Shown here piece by piece: positions 61,291 through 64,000 of a stretch of DNA of 64,000 nt (its first letter is position 1; every line of letters starts with the position of its first letter). The position numbers were made by a program, and so were the translations under genes. The DNA is from Nemertoderma westbladi (taxonomy: Eukaryota > Animalia > Xenacoelomorpha), in the NCBI GenBank assembly GCA_032718475.1, contig JAUCBJ010004839.1, forward strand, positions 62,001 to 126,000, written 5' to 3'. Under the pieces are notes generated by a model, which saw nothing but the letters and a program-made list of their open reading frames with translations, did not search any database and was not told the DNA's origin.

Positions 61291-61611
61291 GTCTAACTTA
61301 CTACCTTTTGTAGACAAAGTAACTAACTCAAATAATTTCAATATCACTGAAGCGTTATAGCAATATATACTGAATCCAGATACACCACCAACAGATATAT
61401 TGTCATTATTGGGACTATGAAGAGAGGGTTGGTGAACGATAAAAATGTTGGCCTAGAAACAATTGAATTAGGGGTAACAAGATGCCCTGAATCGAGTGGT
61501 TGGGTGTGTTTCTTGTAAAAACAGGATGTAACAGTCGAAATGGCAGGTTTAAGTGGGTGACTACAAAACAAAGACCAAAGACCCAAATCATAAAGACCTG
61601 CATAATTTTGT

Positions 61612-61890
61612 AACATGTGTCAACTTGTTCCCCCAACACGCCTCTGTAAGCTGCTCCTTTACTAACCGGCTCCTTTAAATTGCAATGGTACCTAACGCTC
61701 TTTTGGGACCAGTACAAAACAAAGAGGTAAAGTCGCGTAAGTTCCCAAATAGTGTTAGGTCCCAAAGAACGTTAGGTCCCATTGCCATAGAGAGTTAGGT
61801 CCCATTGCCATTTAAAGGATCAGGTTAGTATATGAGCAGGTTACAGAGGCGTGTTGAGGGAACCAAAACAATAAACGAAAGTTAACACAT
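61612..61890. repeat. Foldback (inverted repeat) of a small dispersed repeat
   Basis: 61612-61710 is inverted relative to about 61755-61890. The same motif (caggttacagaggc...aaccaaaacaataaa) occurs at about 54594 and 57998. Confidence 0.7.
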
Positions 61891-62059
61891 ATACATTAGA
61901 CTCTGCTGCATATACACTCTGTATACATCAGATATATGTCAGATTCTTATTATTAACTAACAATTTAGTTTGCCTTTGTAAGGCTCTCCTCTGACTGTTA
62001 ACTAACTAATCATGTTTAGTTTATGATGTTACCAATTGTTGTTATTTATTTAAAGTGTA

Positions 62060-62815
62060 TTAATTGTGCTCGTGTTGTTCTTAAATCCACTTAACATTAA
62101 GAATCGCCATAGATCTACACTGAGATGATGCGATACGATCAATAAGTCGAATTCACATCGATCGATCTTGCCTGCGAAATGACATCCTTTCAGATCCACC
62201 ACGATCAGGCTTCTTTCCGATGGACATAATATGTCCACCTTTGCAGTGTAGCTATTCCGGTCACATATTGAATAGACTGAATAGGCTGTCTGAATTGTCG
62301 ACTGTTCGATTTCAAATCCGAGTAATCTCCAGGTGTGGCTAGGTACGAGCTGTGCAAGCTGTTAATTCCACTGGCCTAGTGGGCTGACAGCTAAATAACA
62401 AGTATGTTATCATGCAGTAAAAAAACAAGTAAAAAAAATGTAGTACCACATTACTGCCGTAATATTGGTAGCAAGATCTGGGGACCATGACCTGACTGGT
62501 CTGACAGCTACAGGTAGTACCACATTACTGCCATAGTGGTAGCAAGATCTGCGGACCTTGACCTGACTGGTTACTGGCTAGATTACCACACCGAGATTGA
62601 TTCCCGACGAGCGCCGTGGATATGTTTGTCTAATCCCGGCCACATATTGAACACACTCAAAGTCTGAGATGTTAAGTTTCGGCCTCAAACTCTCCAACGT
62701 CTCCGATGTGTTGGTGCCATGGAGAGCTTTGATGCTGTGAGTCGAATGGCACCCTGCACATCGCCATCCTAAACTTATTCTCCATTACTGCTGCGGTGAG
62801 ACAGATGGAGTCATC
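62060..62815 (-). pseudogene. Highly decayed CRE-like fragment
   Basis: Reverse complement near 62690-62790 gives DGDVQGAIRL.AS...AP...ETLESLR, matching the CRE peptide at about 21550-21640. Confidence 0.5.
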
Positions 62816-63660
62816 CCGGTCATTCATCCGGTGGAATCCTTGAATCCGTTTCAGGAATCAAATCAGGAATCATTTTAGTTGTCTAAAATGCACGGAATGT
62901 TTGTATTTATAAATTTATAATTAATAAGGATGGCTCACCTGTAAATTAGACCTTTCTTATTTACCAAAGTGTCTCTTCATTCTTGTTAACATGGTGTCGT
63001 CAATTATGAATGGTGAATCAATATTATACTCTACAGTATTATTAAGTTTTCAATTTATGCTAATAATGTCTGATGTTGGAATTGAGGGTCATATTCCAAA
63101 CCAAAATCAACCTTATGGGAAAATTATGTAAACCTGACATGAATGGCAAACAACATTAATTATAGTATAAACTACTAATAGATACAAATAGGCCTGTATA
63201 AATCAACCATTGGCTAATTTGTCCTTGATGCCCTTGTTGTTCTTGTTGTCCTTGTAGATTGGAGACTTTCATCTTAATAATAGGTTTGTTTCAGAGATTA
63301 CTATTTTAAGTCCATTTAAATATTTCAACTGTTTATGTGTGTGATTTCAAAGACCTCGCTTTTCAAACATTTTCAGCACTCACAGAAGTCCTCGGTTATG
63401 TTGAAACTAAATGCATTCATATAAATCAAAGTTAGCATACTTAACTTTGAAAATATAACTTTAAGGATGCAAATTTGAAGCATTGAAGTTTTAATTTATG
63501 CCATAGTGGAATATATTGAGGTTCTCGAAATTATGATTTTTCTTTTAGGTTCTCTTCTCGGTGATGCCTCCATACACGTTGGGATGTAGGCAAATGTATG
63601 GGTACAAGCGATGCTAGTTTTATTCGCTTAAATTTGTGTTCTAGAAAATATAATATATTA

Positions 63661-64000
63661 AGGGGGGGTACACCATTTTCGGACAACTCTTCGATTTATC
63701 ACTCTCAGCGTTTCAAAATTGTTTGGTTTTGGCTAAAATTTGGCATATAGGTGCCTAAGATGCTATTCTACATGACAGGTTTTTTTTTCGCTATTTAATA
63801 TTAGTTAATACTAGTTAACAACAAAAAAACTTGGTTGCACTTAAAACCCTAAGGCTTTTACAGTTTTGAACCTAATCACATGAAAGTTTTTTTATATGAT
63901 AGATCAAAGATGGGGCAACATAACTATCAGGCGAAATTTTGTTAAAATAATTCTGCACCGCTAGGTGGCGCTGCAAATTTATGCAAATTTTTAGGTTTTT
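63661..64000 (+). mobile_element. Kolobok-like element, second copy (runs off the window)
   Basis: ttaa|gggggggg tacaccattttcgg; reverse complement of 33105-33473; ccgctaggtggcgc at about 63958. Confidence 0.8.

Overview
AT-rich, repeat-dense eukaryotic (animal, probably invertebrate) genomic DNA; there is no prokaryotic operon or CRISPR structure. One intact host gene can be reconstructed: a 9-exon SLC45-family (MFS, putative H+/sugar symporter) gene on the + strand, 5188-26716. All introns are GT-AG with consistent phases, and the CDS is 1752 nt (583 aa). The rest is a nested mosaic of mobile DNA: Penelope-like elements (one near-perfect minimal hammerhead ribozyme at 38-76), RTE, L2, CRE-clade and L2/RTE-X-type LINE fragments, a tRNA-derived SINE family, hAT-, Kolobok- and MULE-like non-autonomous TIR elements, and Helentron/HINE-like elements. 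The main theme is that several tandem arrays can be traced to a piece of a mobile element also present in the window. (i) Two kb-scale 36/37-bp G-rich minisatellites are an internal segment of the SINE amplified inside SINE copies. (ii) A minisatellite is built from an RTE 3' tail. (iii) A 2.1-kb satellite grew from one TIR arm. (iv) A HINE-like element carries 7 same-orientation CTCF-like motifs at about 146-bp spacing. Superfamily assignments rest on motif, TIR and TSD reading by eye, not on database searches.
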